64,000 nucleotides of DNA from a virus. Below, in pieces: positions 37,947-47,546 of this stretch. The stretch is from the IMG/VR virus record IMGVR_UViG_3300002026_000003, one strand, 5' to 3'. A program made the translations under genes and the position numbers. Below the pieces are notes generated by a model. It saw only the letters and a list, made by a program, of their open reading frames with translations. It did no database searches and had not been told where the DNA came from. Every line of letters starts with the position of its first letter. The first letter of the stretch is position 1.

Positions 37947-39515
37947 ATGGCCTATAACGCTCCCTCAGCTAATGAGGTAGCGTTACGACTAACCAACGGG
38001 GGCTATACAGCACCCAGCAGCGACTCAGTGCAGCTAGTAATATCGGACGATGCTTCGTCTGGTATATCTGGCATGTGTGCTGCGTCGCTGCAATTTACTT
38101 GCGGGGCTACGGGCAAGCTCGCAGTAACTGGCTACAGTAGCGCTACACTGAGTCTATCCGGTACAACTCACGCTAATCGTGGGCTTGTAGGGCAGGTAGC
38201 CTCTAGTCTATTGCTATTCGCTAACGCGGAGGGGCTATCCCTACCTGCTTCGTTTGATGTATTCGGTACAGCTTCCTACTATCTGGAGTTCATAGCTACA
38301 GCTATGGGTCGCGTAGTAAGAGTGGCAGATGTAGTACTAAATTTCACTAGTCCGTATGTAGTGCCAGATAGTGCAGGGTTAGTATTGAACTTCGGTACCG
38401 GAGTAGTTACTACAACGGCCTTAGCTACTGCATCCTTTGAATTTATTGCCACGGCTACTGGGTACTTACCACCTACAGCACAAGTAGTAGGCGGAATAGA
38501 TTTTTCAGCTAGCGCTACTGGTCGTATTGTATCTAGAGGCGCTGTATCCTGCGCGTTGGCTATATCTTCTAGTGCTCTAGGCAAAGTAGTATATAAAGGC
38601 GCAGCATCTTCGCTAGTATCTTTGTACGCAACTGCCTATGGGGCAGAGGTATACGCGGCTAGTGCAGACCCAAGTATAGCGTTTACTGCGCAAGCTACTG
38701 GTAGCTCCATCCGCGCAGGGGCTGTGGCTGCTAGTATGCTACTACAGGCTAGCGTTACTGCCACTCATGGCTACTCAAGCCACGCTGCGCCTAACCTTTC
38801 TTTCTACGCTAATGCAGCAGGGCATAGCTCCAGACCGGCTATAGTAGGCTCTTCGTTAGGTAGCCTATCCTTCTTCGCAACCTCTGCCGGTAAAGTAGCT
38901 AGTAAGGGCACTGTAGCAGGTACTTTATCGCTAGTATCGCTAGTCGTTGGCGGATCAGCAGGGGCCGCTAGGGTAGTTGGTAGTCTATCATTCTATGCTG
39001 TAGCTAGCGGACGTAAGGTAATAGCCGGCGTAGTAGCACCGACGATACGCTTTGTGTCAGCGGCAGCAGGCATAGGCAGGGCCGGCGCGGTAGGTGGAGG
39101 TGTAGTAGCATACATATCGTTGTACGCTCAATCTCAAGCTAGAGTAGCTACTACAGGCTCAGCTTCTGCTACTTTAGCTTTTGGTAGTCAGGCTTCTGGA
39201 GAGATGGCTGTATCGGGTCTAATACATGCCAATCTAGTTTTGCAATCGATTGCATTCTCTACGCATGCTAGGGTATGTACTGCTCAGGCAGCAATCTCTT
39301 TATATAGCAATGTAGTTGGTGTGTTGCCTCCTTATTGGGCTATTGACCTAGATAGGTCTATGCCTATTTTCATTAGTAACCCTGAGCTACTAGTGTATAG
39401 AAATGACGATATAGAATACTTCTACACTCTGGAGAATAGTGAGTCGTTCGAGTACACTACGCCTAGAGTGATGTTTATACGAAGTGCGTTAGAGGATTTG
39501 TATGTCATCAATTAG
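37947..39515 (+). CDS. repeat-rich Ala/Ser/Gly structural protein (522 aa), beta-helix/fibre-like
   Basis: More than a dozen reiterations of an approximately 20-aa unit (...F.A.A.G...R.GAV...L...). Confidence 0.55.
   Translation: MAYNAPSANEVALRLTNGGYTAPSSDSVQLVISDDASSGISGMCAASLQFTCGATGKLAVTGYSSATLSLSGTTHANRGLVGQVASSLLLFANAEGLSLPASFDVFGTASYYLEFIATAMGRVVRVADVVLNFTSPYVVPDSAGLVLNFGTGVVTTTALATASFEFIATATGYLPPTAQVVGGIDFSASATGRIVSRGAVSCALAISSSALGKVVYKGAASSLVSLYATAYGAEVYAASADPSIAFTAQATGSSIRAGAVAASMLLQASVTATHGYSSHAAPNLSFYANAAGHSSRPAIVGSSLGSLSFFATSAGKVASKGTVAGTLSLVSLVVGGSAGAARVVGSLSFYAVASGRKVIAGVVAPTIRFVSAAAGIGRAGAVGGGVVAYISLYAQSQARVATTGSASATLAFGSQASGEMAVSGLIHANLVLQSIAFSTHARVCTAQAAISLYSNVVGVLPPYWAIDLDRSMPIFISNPELLVYRNDDIEYFYTLENSESFEYTTPRVMFIRSALEDLYVIN
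39240..39255. repeat. motif copy 15
   Basis: TTGCAATCGATTGCAT (1 mismatch). Inside ORF 37947 (LQSIAF). Confidence 0.8.
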
Positions 39516-39924
39516 GCCGGATATCGTTGTATTTAACGGTACCACACACATAATCTCCGCAGGTGCTATAGGGCCTCCCGGCCCCAAGGGAGACCCCGGA
39601 GAGGCTGGCGTACACGTACGCCAGAGCGCAGCTTTGCTAGCGGCGGGTCAAGCGTACAGTATAGACTCTATTCCAGCCAATACCATACGTGCGGTTAAGT
39701 GGCTAGTGTCTATGGAGTCTGTGGACGGTAGGACACACCAATACGAAGTAGCGGCGCATATGGGTATAGCAGAGCCTGCCTACGTAAAGTATGCTGTGCT
39801 AGGGCAGAAGCTTGCTGTATCCATTACGGTAGCCTCGGTTGCTGGTGATATGCACTTATCGGTACAGAATAATGAACCGGTATCTGTATCTATTTCGGTA
39901 CTACGTTTTGGTATGACTAGATGA
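39502..39924 (+). CDS. short collagen-like-motif protein (140 aa)
   Basis: GPPGPKGDPGEAG Gly-X-Y run near the N-terminus. Confidence 0.5.
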   Translation: MSSIRPDIVVFNGTTHIISAGAIGPPGPKGDPGEAGVHVRQSAALLAAGQAYSIDSIPANTIRAVKWLVSMESVDGRTHQYEVAAHMGIAEPAYVKYAVLGQKLAVSITVASVAGDMHLSVQNNEPVSVSISVLRFGMTR

Positions 39925-40118
39925 ACGTAATAGAGGTTAAACAGCTAGGTCTAGCTGCGTACATAAAGGTTAGCGGTGCGGAACTTGTGGGTGTACATGA
40001 GGGTGTATTCACTTTCCTTTCGCTGAAAAGTGTGTCAGAATGGCGCATAGATTACGTCAATTCTTGCTGCCAGAAACACGACTCAGCGGTATGCGAGCTT
40101 CGTAGGTACTTAAAGTAG
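39921..40118 (+). CDS. hypothetical protein (65 aa)
   Basis: ATGA overlap; ORF track. Confidence 0.45.
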   Translation: MNVIEVKQLGLAAYIKVSGAELVGVHEGVFTFLSLKSVSEWRIDYVNSCCQKHDSAVCELRRYLK

Positions 40119-40146
40119 TAACGAAACCTGTGCTTTGGGATTATTT

Positions 40147-40162
40147 TTGAAATCGATTGCAA
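40147..40162. repeat. motif copy 16
   Basis: TTGAAATCGATTGCAA (exact). Intergenic, 23 nt before fibre ATG 40185. Confidence 0.9.
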
Positions 40163-40184
40163 CTAACCATAAAGGATTTATATC

Positions 40185-41750
40185 ATGGCACAAGACCTAT
40201 TCCGCGTAGAAGTTGGCTTTGCTGACGACAACGTTCACTACCTATCTGGCGCTGGCGCACCGTCTGGCGGTCGCGCTGATGACGCGCCAATCGGATCGCG
40301 TTGGAGTAATACCACTAACGGCGATGCTTACACTAAGACAGGCGCAACCGCTTGGACGAAGCTTGCAGTTGGTGGCGATATGTCCTCGCTGCAAACTCAG
40401 GTCAATGACCTATCCACAGAAGTAGATAACATCGAAGCCGGTGTTGGTCTAAATACGGACGGTACGTATACCGCCCCTGTTGGCTCAAACTACCTAGGCG
40501 CGGCTACTACGGTAAAGGCTGGTCTTGTTGCTCTGGATGGGCAGCTAAAGACAACCACCGACAACCTCGGCACGTTGACTACTGACTTTGGTAACTACCA
40601 GACCTCGCAAGACTTGCGTGATGATGGTCAAGATATAGCCATAGCGGGTAAGGTATCGAAGACAGGCGACACTCTATCCGGTAGCTTGGCCTTTGGCGGT
40701 ACTGGTACTGTTACAGGCCTAGCCGCGCCAGTTAACCCCGATGACGCCGCCACTAAGAACTACGTAGATAACAAAGTAGTTGGCCTATCTTGGCAACCGC
40801 CTGTTGGTGGCATTGGCGCAACCAATCCGGCTACCTGCGCTATTGGTGATCGTTTCATCAATACCACGGATGACAAGGTTTACACCGCTACTGGTGTAAA
40901 TGATTGGGGTGCCGGCGTAGCTCCCGATGATGGCTGGGCTACATTCGATAAGTCTACCGAAACTGGGTATAACTTTAACGGCACTGACTGGGTTCAATTT
41001 ACGGGTGGCGGTGCCATAGCTGCCGGTATTGGCCTAGCAATGACGGGCAACCAGCTAGATATTAACCTTGGTGCTGGTATTGCGCAGTTGCCGTCTGACG
41101 AAGTTGGTATTGACGTTCATGTGAATGGCGCGTTGATGCTTACTGTCGATAACGCCAGTGAGTCTACGGATACCGCCGCTCAATTGTCTGTTCGACTTGA
41201 TGGCACTACGCTAACCAAAGGCCCCGGCGGTCTTAAGCTAAGCGCTCCGTGGCAGCTAGCAATCACCGACAATACGGCAGCTATCGCACAAGAGACTATT
41301 GATCGTGGTATTTCGGAAGGCGTATTGGTAGGTCGCCTAGACAACCACGATACTGATATTCTCCTACTGCAAGATACCGTTAATAACTTCGCTCATGTCA
41401 AGAAGAACGGTACAGTAGCTGGCGGGGCCACTGGAGTTATAGACCATCAGCTTCTTGATAACGTGTATGTTGTCAATTATCTGGTATACGTCCGTGATAC
41501 TACCAATGGTCGTGTAACGGTAATGGAGATTCTGGCAACCCATAACGGTACTGAAACTACTGCCGCTACCCAGTGTGACTTCACTAGTTTTGCTAAGCTG
41601 AAAGTTGGCGGCACCTTGGCAGGCCTATCGGTGTCCGTAGCTTTGGTGGGTAGTACTTTGGGCGCTCAGCATCTTGACGTTGTAATCGGCGCAACTAACA
41701 ACATTGTTACCCGCATTGTTGGTAAGTTTGTTGAGACTGAGTACGCATAA
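40185..41750 (+). CDS. tail fibre protein (521 aa)
   Basis: N-terminus FRVEVGFADDNVHYLSGAGAPSG...WSNTTNGDAYTKTG and LVALDGQL are fibre-like. Motif copy 16 and an RBS lie upstream. Confidence 0.6.
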   Translation: MAQDLFRVEVGFADDNVHYLSGAGAPSGGRADDAPIGSRWSNTTNGDAYTKTGATAWTKLAVGGDMSSLQTQVNDLSTEVDNIEAGVGLNTDGTYTAPVGSNYLGAATTVKAGLVALDGQLKTTTDNLGTLTTDFGNYQTSQDLRDDGQDIAIAGKVSKTGDTLSGSLAFGGTGTVTGLAAPVNPDDAATKNYVDNKVVGLSWQPPVGGIGATNPATCAIGDRFINTTDDKVYTATGVNDWGAGVAPDDGWATFDKSTETGYNFNGTDWVQFTGGGAIAAGIGLAMTGNQLDINLGAGIAQLPSDEVGIDVHVNGALMLTVDNASESTDTAAQLSVRLDGTTLTKGPGGLKLSAPWQLAITDNTAAIAQETIDRGISEGVLVGRLDNHDTDILLLQDTVNNFAHVKKNGTVAGGATGVIDHQLLDNVYVVNYLVYVRDTTNGRVTVMEILATHNGTETTAATQCDFTSFAKLKVGGTLAGLSVSVALVGSTLGAQHLDVVIGATNNIVTRIVGKFVETEYA

Positions 41751-42031
41751 TGTTTGTACTACAGGATGCCTTTGAGGTTGATGGCCTCCTGCTGGGAGGG
41801 GTGGCGGCTATATTCACCGCTACCTCTACCCCACAAACAAATGACTATCCTGAGGCTCCTGTGGGGTCTCAGTGCATAGTGCCTGAGGAAGGTGTATATA
41901 CAAAATACTCAGACGGCACATGGAGACGGTCAGTTGATTCAGCAGTAGAGCTTGAAGAACTCGTGCTATACCGTAACGGGGAGCCTGAGTGCTGCTTCTT
42001 TGCGGATAGTGTTGCCAAAGTGAGGGTATGA
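41750..42031 (+). CDS. hypothetical protein (93 aa), possible fibre accessory
   Basis: TAATG coupling between the two fibre genes. Confidence 0.45.
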   Translation: MFVLQDAFEVDGLLLGGVAAIFTATSTPQTNDYPEAPVGSQCIVPEEGVYTKYSDGTWRRSVDSAVELEELVLYRNGEPECCFFADSVAKVRV

Positions 42032-44094
42032 TGCTCCATCAAAATGCGCCTTTAGGTCAGATTCACGTTCCTTATAACTGGAAGTTCGCAGATGCGGCAA
42101 CGCGTTTAGCCTACACGTTTGTTCCTGCGGATGCTGGTAAGTTTGCATTGCAAGATAGCGATGCCTCTCTGTGGCTAGTAACAGATGCCTTGAATACCAC
42201 CCGCATGAGTGGAATGCCTACGGCTGGTGACGTTGGGGCAGAGCCTGCCGGTGCGGTAGCTGCTCATGAGGCGTTGCTTGATCCCCACCCACAATACACG
42301 ACGGCAGGGGAAGTAACTACTATTGTTGAGTGGCCTATCGCCCAGCATACTGCTTTGCCTAACCCGCACAATACCGGAATCTCAAATATTGCTGGACTAC
42401 AAACAGCTTTGGATGGAAAAGCGCCAACATCACATTTCCATAACCAAAGTGAAGTAACTGGGTTAGTAGCCGCTCTTGGTACAAAAGCAAACGCCACTGA
42501 CGTATATACCAAAGCACAGGTTGATACTTCGTTATCCACTAAGGCCAATGTGGGCGCATCCTACACTAAGGCTGAAGAGGATGTATTGTTAGGCGGAAAA
42601 ACAGATACAGGGCATTTGCACACAATTGCAAATGTAACCGGACTCCAAACGTCACTTGACGCGAAGGCCAATGCCTCTGAGGTATATACCCAGACGCAAA
42701 CAGACACTCTACTAGGTACGAAGGCGAACACCTCCCATACCCATTCAATTGCCAATGTCACAGGTCTTCAAACGGCTCTTGATGGTAAGACAGATACTGG
42801 TCACGGTCATGCAATTACTGATGTAACCAACCTGCAAACAACTCTTGATGGGAAGGCGAATACGGCTGATGTCTATACACAGACTCAAGTCAATACCGCG
42901 CTGGCATTAAAGGCAGATGCGACGGCTGTATATACAAAGAGTGAGACGGACACCCGTATTCAAGCAGTGATTGATTTGGCTCCTGCTGCTCTGGATACCT
43001 TGAATGAAATCGCGGCTGCATTGGGAGATGATCCGAACTTTGCCACCACGATGACCACGCAGTTTGGTTTGAAGGCAGACAAGTCGGATACCTATACCAA
43101 AGCTCAAGTAGATACAAGTCTTGCTGGTAAGGCTGACTCATCACACGTGCATTCAATTGCAAATGTGACTAACCTACAAACGTCATTGGATGCCAAGGCA
43201 AATCAGGCTACGACTTATACCAAGCCAGAAGTTGATACAGCACTGACAGCCAAGGCAAACCAAGCAACTACCTATACCAAAACGGAGGTAGATACTGCTC
43301 TGTCTGGTAAGGCTGCTACGGTGCATACTCACACCATTGCAAACGTAACGGGTCTCCAGACAGCCTTGGACGGTAAAGCAGCAACTGCCCACTCCCATGC
43401 AATTGCTGATACCACCGGACTACAAACTGCCCTAGACGGCAAGGCAGCTACGAGCCATGTGCATACAATTGCAAACGTCACAGGCTTGCAAACTGCTCTG
43501 GATGGAAAGACCAATACAGGCCACACGCATACTCCAGCAGAGGCAGGAGCAGACCCAGTAGGTACGGCAGCGGCGGCTGTAGCAGCACACGTAGCCGCAG
43601 CAGACCCTCACCCTACTTACCTGACCCAAGCTGAAGGTGATGCAAGGTATGCTCAGTCAAGTGGGGAGTTGGCCGTATTAGCTTCTAACTTTACTACGAC
43701 CTCCAACACCCTTCAAAGCACTGGTCTTGCTGTAGCACTTGCAGCTAATACACACTATGAGATTGATGGATTTTTCATTTGCCAATCGTCAGCTACCAAT
43801 AACGGTCTTGGTGTGGGATTCAATGGCCCTGCTGGGTACCTCCATGCCGCGTTTAGCATGACTGTGCCCACCTCAGCCACTGCTGCTATTACGATGAATA
43901 GTGAGGGGTACTTGGATAGCTTGTCTTCAACTTCTTCGATGGCAGCGAACACAGACTTCTTAGTACAGGTAAAAGGTATCGTAGTCACTGGGGCTACTGC
44001 CGGTAATCTCACTGCTTACCTACGTTCTGAGTTGAGCGGTAGCACAGCGCGTATGATGGATCATTCAATGTTGAAGGCGAGGGAAGTAGCATGA
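42028..44094 (+). CDS. tail fibre protein with HxH / IANVTGLQTALDGKA tandem repeats (688 aa)
   Basis: About 13 reiterations of YTK.EVDT.L..KA.....H.H.IANVTGLQTALDGK, flanked by AAH....DPHPQY motifs. Confidence 0.75.
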   Translation: MMLHQNAPLGQIHVPYNWKFADAATRLAYTFVPADAGKFALQDSDASLWLVTDALNTTRMSGMPTAGDVGAEPAGAVAAHEALLDPHPQYTTAGEVTTIVEWPIAQHTALPNPHNTGISNIAGLQTALDGKAPTSHFHNQSEVTGLVAALGTKANATDVYTKAQVDTSLSTKANVGASYTKAEEDVLLGGKTDTGHLHTIANVTGLQTSLDAKANASEVYTQTQTDTLLGTKANTSHTHSIANVTGLQTALDGKTDTGHGHAITDVTNLQTTLDGKANTADVYTQTQVNTALALKADATAVYTKSETDTRIQAVIDLAPAALDTLNEIAAALGDDPNFATTMTTQFGLKADKSDTYTKAQVDTSLAGKADSSHVHSIANVTNLQTSLDAKANQATTYTKPEVDTALTAKANQATTYTKTEVDTALSGKAATVHTHTIANVTGLQTALDGKAATAHSHAIADTTGLQTALDGKAATSHVHTIANVTGLQTALDGKTNTGHTHTPAEAGADPVGTAAAAVAAHVAAADPHPTYLTQAEGDARYAQSSGELAVLASNFTTTSNTLQSTGLAVALAANTHYEIDGFFICQSSATNNGLGVGFNGPAGYLHAAFSMTVPTSATAAITMNSEGYLDSLSSTSSMAANTDFLVQVKGIVVTGATAGNLTAYLRSELSGSTARMMDHSMLKAREVA
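42376..43536 (+). repeat. in-frame tandem peptide repeats within the fibre gene
   Basis: Repeated DNA such as cacacaattgcaaatgtaaccggactccaaacg and catacaattgcaaacgtcacaggcttgcaaact encodes the H.H.IANVTGLQT units. Confidence 0.8.
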
Positions 44095-44468
44095 AACTAG
44101 ATAACATGCTGGCTCATATTGATGCCAAGGCTGGTGCAGTACGTGGATGCTATATCACGATTGCCCCCGGACAGGAGGCTACGTACATTATGAAGGCTAC
44201 TCAAGCAAGAGCGTTTTCGATGGCGGGTTTCGTTGGTATTATTCCCGGCCTTATACAAGCGGAGATGAGTGCTACTAACCAAGGGGCTGAAGTAGTTGTA
44301 GCCCGTATTCTTGGGGAGGAGGCACAGTGGGCAAAGTTGGCAGGAGCTATAGAGAATATTCGTAGGTCTGCCAAACAATCGTTGCTGTCTTCTACTCTTG
44401 ACGAAGCTGCCAAGGACGAAGTATACGATCAGGCTATTAGACAACTAACTGCGTTGATGCCTAAATGA
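44091..44468 (+). CDS. hypothetical protein (125 aa), possible fibre assembly factor
   Basis: ATGA overlap with the fibre gene stop. Confidence 0.45.
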   Translation: MKLDNMLAHIDAKAGAVRGCYITIAPGQEATYIMKATQARAFSMAGFVGIIPGLIQAEMSATNQGAEVVVARILGEEAQWAKLAGAIENIRRSAKQSLLSSTLDEAAKDEVYDQAIRQLTALMPK

Positions 44469-44890
44469 GACTAGCTTTCTACAAGGGCCGTACTCGGCTA
44501 TTCAATAGGGCCGTGTCTTGGTGGACGCATGGCCCGTACTCTCATACAGAGCTAATACTTGGCAATGAGATGGACGGCACTCTGGTATGTGCGTCATCTA
44601 GCTGTGTGGATGGAGGTGTGCGCTTTAAGAACATGGCGCTAGATGACAACCATTGGGATGTTATGGAAATACGCGGAGATTCCTTAGCTGCGTATAACTG
44701 GTTTATGGCTCATACAGGCTTACCTTACGATGTTCTAGGCTTAGCTGGTTTTGTAGGTCGTAGAGGTCTTGACGATAAGAATAAATGGTTTTGTTCTGAG
44801 GCTTGCGCAGCCGCTTTAGGTATGGAAGAGCCGTGGCGGTATGATCCTAATACGCTGTATGTAGTCGCTAAGCAGTTTTTGCAGATTTGA
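44465..44890 (+). CDS. putative permuted papain-like (YiiX/C92, NlpC/P60-related) hydrolase
   Basis: GPYSHTELIL ... KWFCSEACAAALG gives His-then-Cys order, as in permuted NlpC/P60 enzymes. Its TGA stop lies inside motif copy 17. Confidence 0.4.
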   Translation: MRLAFYKGRTRLFNRAVSWWTHGPYSHTELILGNEMDGTLVCASSSCVDGGVRFKNMALDDNHWDVMEIRGDSLAAYNWFMAHTGLPYDVLGLAGFVGRRGLDDKNKWFCSEACAAALGMEEPWRYDPNTLYVVAKQFLQI

Positions 44891-44902
44891 AATCGATTGC
44901 AA
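44887..44902. repeat. motif copy 17
   Basis: TTGAAATCGATTGCAA (exact). Positions 2-4 form the TGA stop of ORF 44465. GGAGG and ATG 44917 follow. Confidence 0.9.
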
Positions 44903-44916
44903 ACCGGAGGTAGCTC

Positions 44917-45408
44917 ATGGCTGATCTAGGTAACATAGGCGTAGGTTCTACCTCTACAGGAAAAGCCGCCACCATAGTAGCTACTGGCGGGGTAAAGAAG
45001 ATACGGGACATGCTTAGGTCTGTCCTATACGTAGGAGGCGCTACTAACCGTACTAGACACCACTCGTATGTAGTAAGCAACTCTGGGGTAATTAACCGCG
45101 CAATACTTGGTTTACGTAAGCTTCCAGACTACTTACCTGCCGGGGTTAGTACCTTATCAGCGGACTTAAGTGGTAGCATTTTTGGGGTAGTTAAAGTAGA
45201 GGGCGTAGCTACTGCCGGAAGAATAGTTAGACTATATGCCAGACCGAATGGTAAACTGGTAAAAGAAACAGTGTCAGAGGTTAATGGAGAATTTACTGTA
45301 ATAGACTTATACGTAGGTATGACCTACTACGTTATTGCTTTAGACGATGACGGCGGCGCAGACTATAACGCTGTTATATTCGATAAACTTGTACCAACAG
45401 TTAGCTAA
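44917..45408 (+). CDS. small protein with carboxypeptidase-regulatory-like beta-sandwich (163 aa)
   Basis: SGSIFGVVKVEGVATAGRIVRLYARPNGKLVKE...GEFTVIDL...YYVIALDDDGGADYNAVIFDKLVP parallels the C-termini of ORFs 35463 and 48568. Confidence 0.5.
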   Translation: MADLGNIGVGSTSTGKAATIVATGGVKKIRDMLRSVLYVGGATNRTRHHSYVVSNSGVINRAILGLRKLPDYLPAGVSTLSADLSGSIFGVVKVEGVATAGRIVRLYARPNGKLVKETVSEVNGEFTVIDLYVGMTYYVIALDDDGGADYNAVIFDKLVPTVS

Positions 45409-45417
45409 GGAGTAGCC

Positions 45418-46572
45418 ATGACTAGTGTCAAAATATACCGTTCCTCTGACGTAGGGGCACCTGTACTAGGTAACATAGCAGGGTCGCTCATCGGAGTATT
45501 GGATGCCTGCTTGGTTAACGGCTTTGCTGACAGGCAGGTAACCAGCATATCTAGGATTGGCTCAGTGGCTACCGCTACACTAGCGGGTCATGGCTACCAT
45601 AAATTCGATACTGTATTGGTATCCGGGGCCACGCAGACTGAGTATAACGGCACAGTGAAGGTAACAGAAGCTACTGCCGATACTTTCTCCTACGCTATAG
45701 TAGGTACGCCAACTACTCCGGCTACAGGCACGATCAACGCTAAAAAACCCGGCGCTGGTTGGACTAAAGAATTTACCGGAACCAATAAAGCTGCTTATCG
45801 AATGGGGCCGGGATCGAACCTACATTACCTCCGCGTAGATGATACTGGACTAACATCGGCAGAATGTAGAGGCTACGAATCTATGAGTAGTGTCGACGCA
45901 GGCACTGCCGCATTCCCTACTACAACGCAAATGAATGTTAGCTATTGGTGGAAGGCTGATGCAGCGGCGCGTGATTGGATGGTAATAGCGACAGATCGTA
46001 TCCTTTACTATTGGCATGACTACAGTAATACGCAATCCTCTAGGTATCTGTGGATGTTTGGTCAGATACGCGCATACAAAGCGGATGATGCTTTTGGTTC
46101 TGTTATGTTCTCCACTAACCAGCCAAACGCTAGCTATAGTTACTACTACCCTTGTACCGTAGAGTCGCATGTAGGCACCACTGGCAGCTTTAGGTTTTTG
46201 GCTAGGACATATAACCAGAGCGGTAGCTCTGTGCCCCTAGGGTTTATGGGAGACTACAGTAAAATGCGTGGTACGACGTACATAGGTCACGATTCACCTA
46301 CGACCTATGGCATACAGTACCCTCACGGCCCTGACGCAGGATTGTACGTTACCCCACTGTACATTACCGAGAACCCCGGCACTCCTGTAATACGCGGGGA
46401 GATGCCCGGACTATGGTGCCCACTACACTATGCCTCTGCTTTTAACCACGGTGATGTTTTCGGCGGCACAGGGGATATGGCAGGTAAGTACTTTATGATT
46501 GCGCACGTATTCACTACGTCTAGCCAAAAGGGCGCGTTTGCCATTGAGCTTTCGGATACTTGGGCTACTTAA
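45418..46572 (+). CDS. paralog family member 2
   Basis: N-terminus VKIYRSSDVGAPVLGNIAGSLIGVLDACLVNGFA; C-terminus IELSDTWAT. Confidence 0.6.
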   Translation: MTSVKIYRSSDVGAPVLGNIAGSLIGVLDACLVNGFADRQVTSISRIGSVATATLAGHGYHKFDTVLVSGATQTEYNGTVKVTEATADTFSYAIVGTPTTPATGTINAKKPGAGWTKEFTGTNKAAYRMGPGSNLHYLRVDDTGLTSAECRGYESMSSVDAGTAAFPTTTQMNVSYWWKADAAARDWMVIATDRILYYWHDYSNTQSSRYLWMFGQIRAYKADDAFGSVMFSTNQPNASYSYYYPCTVESHVGTTGSFRFLARTYNQSGSSVPLGFMGDYSKMRGTTYIGHDSPTTYGIQYPHGPDAGLYVTPLYITENPGTPVIRGEMPGLWCPLHYASAFNHGDVFGGTGDMAGKYFMIAHVFTTSSQKGAFAIELSDTWAT

Positions 46573-46582
46573 TAGGTGACGT

Positions 46583-47545
46583 ATGGCTAAGACAGTTCGT
46601 GTATTGCGCAGCACAGACGCTAGCGCCCCAGTTCTTACCGGTACTACTGGGTCGCTAATAGCGCTTCTTGATGCTTGCTTAGTGAATGGGTACGGTAGTT
46701 CTACGCCTCTTGGGTGGACTAAGCCGTATAGCGGCACAAACCTCGCGGCCTACCGTATGAGTACCGTAGAGGGCAGTGGAGCATATCTACGCGTTGATGA
46801 CTCCTTAACCTCTACTAATGCTGTGTATACTAGGCTAGCTGGCTACACCACCATGACGGCTATATCTACTGGTTCTGATATGTTTCCAGTAATGGCAAAC
46901 TACATGGGCTTGCGCAAGTCTAATAGCGCAGATAGTGTAGCTAGGCCTTGGGTAGTGATAGGTGACGAAGCTAGGTTCTATCTGCTGATACAGAACGGAG
47001 ACTCGGCGGGGGCTACTATATGGGATTGCTCTTTCTTTGGTGATATTGAATCTTACATAGCTAATGATGCCTACAAAGCTATGCTGGTTTGTAGGTATAG
47101 CACTAGTGGAACTTTCCCTACCTATACTGATAACCAGATACACTACATGCAGCACTATACGTGGAATAGTGTATCGTCTAGGCAAATGGCTCGCAACCAC
47201 GCGGGAGCCGCCACACCAATATATGTGGGTGCGCACACAGACTCGTTTAAGTGCGGCGCTAGTAACTACAACGCATGGTATGCTGGAGCAGGCGGGTACT
47301 TAGCGTACCCTAACGTAGCTGGTAATAGCCTATTCATGGCCCCTGTATGGATACACCAAAGTACAACTACTCCGTATGTAGTTAGAGGTCACCAACCCGG
47401 AATGTGGTGCCCCGGCCATAATAGGCCTTTGGCTAATAACGAGACCTTTACTGGGTCTGGCGCTTTAGCAGGCAAGACTTTTGAAGCATTCCACTTACAC
47501 TCCAGCGGCGAGATAATTCTAGAAACTTCTAATACGTGGGGCTAA
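46583..47545 (+). CDS. paralog family member 3
   Basis: N-terminus VRVLRSTDASAPVLTGTTGSLIALLDACLVNGYGS; C-terminus LETSNTWG. Confidence 0.6.
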   Translation: MAKTVRVLRSTDASAPVLTGTTGSLIALLDACLVNGYGSSTPLGWTKPYSGTNLAAYRMSTVEGSGAYLRVDDSLTSTNAVYTRLAGYTTMTAISTGSDMFPVMANYMGLRKSNSADSVARPWVVIGDEARFYLLIQNGDSAGATIWDCSFFGDIESYIANDAYKAMLVCRYSTSGTFPTYTDNQIHYMQHYTWNSVSSRQMARNHAGAATPIYVGAHTDSFKCGASNYNAWYAGAGGYLAYPNVAGNSLFMAPVWIHQSTTTPYVVRGHQPGMWCPGHNRPLANNETFTGSGALAGKTFEAFHLHSSGEIILETSNTWG

Positions 47546-47546
47546 T

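Noticed and set aside
42590-43480. ATTGCAA half-sites recurring in the tail-fibre gene as extra copies of the 16-bp motif.
   Set aside because: They come from the in-frame peptide repeat H.H.IAN(V) (ATT GCA AAY) and lack the ATCGA core and the left half-site. The protein repeat explains them.
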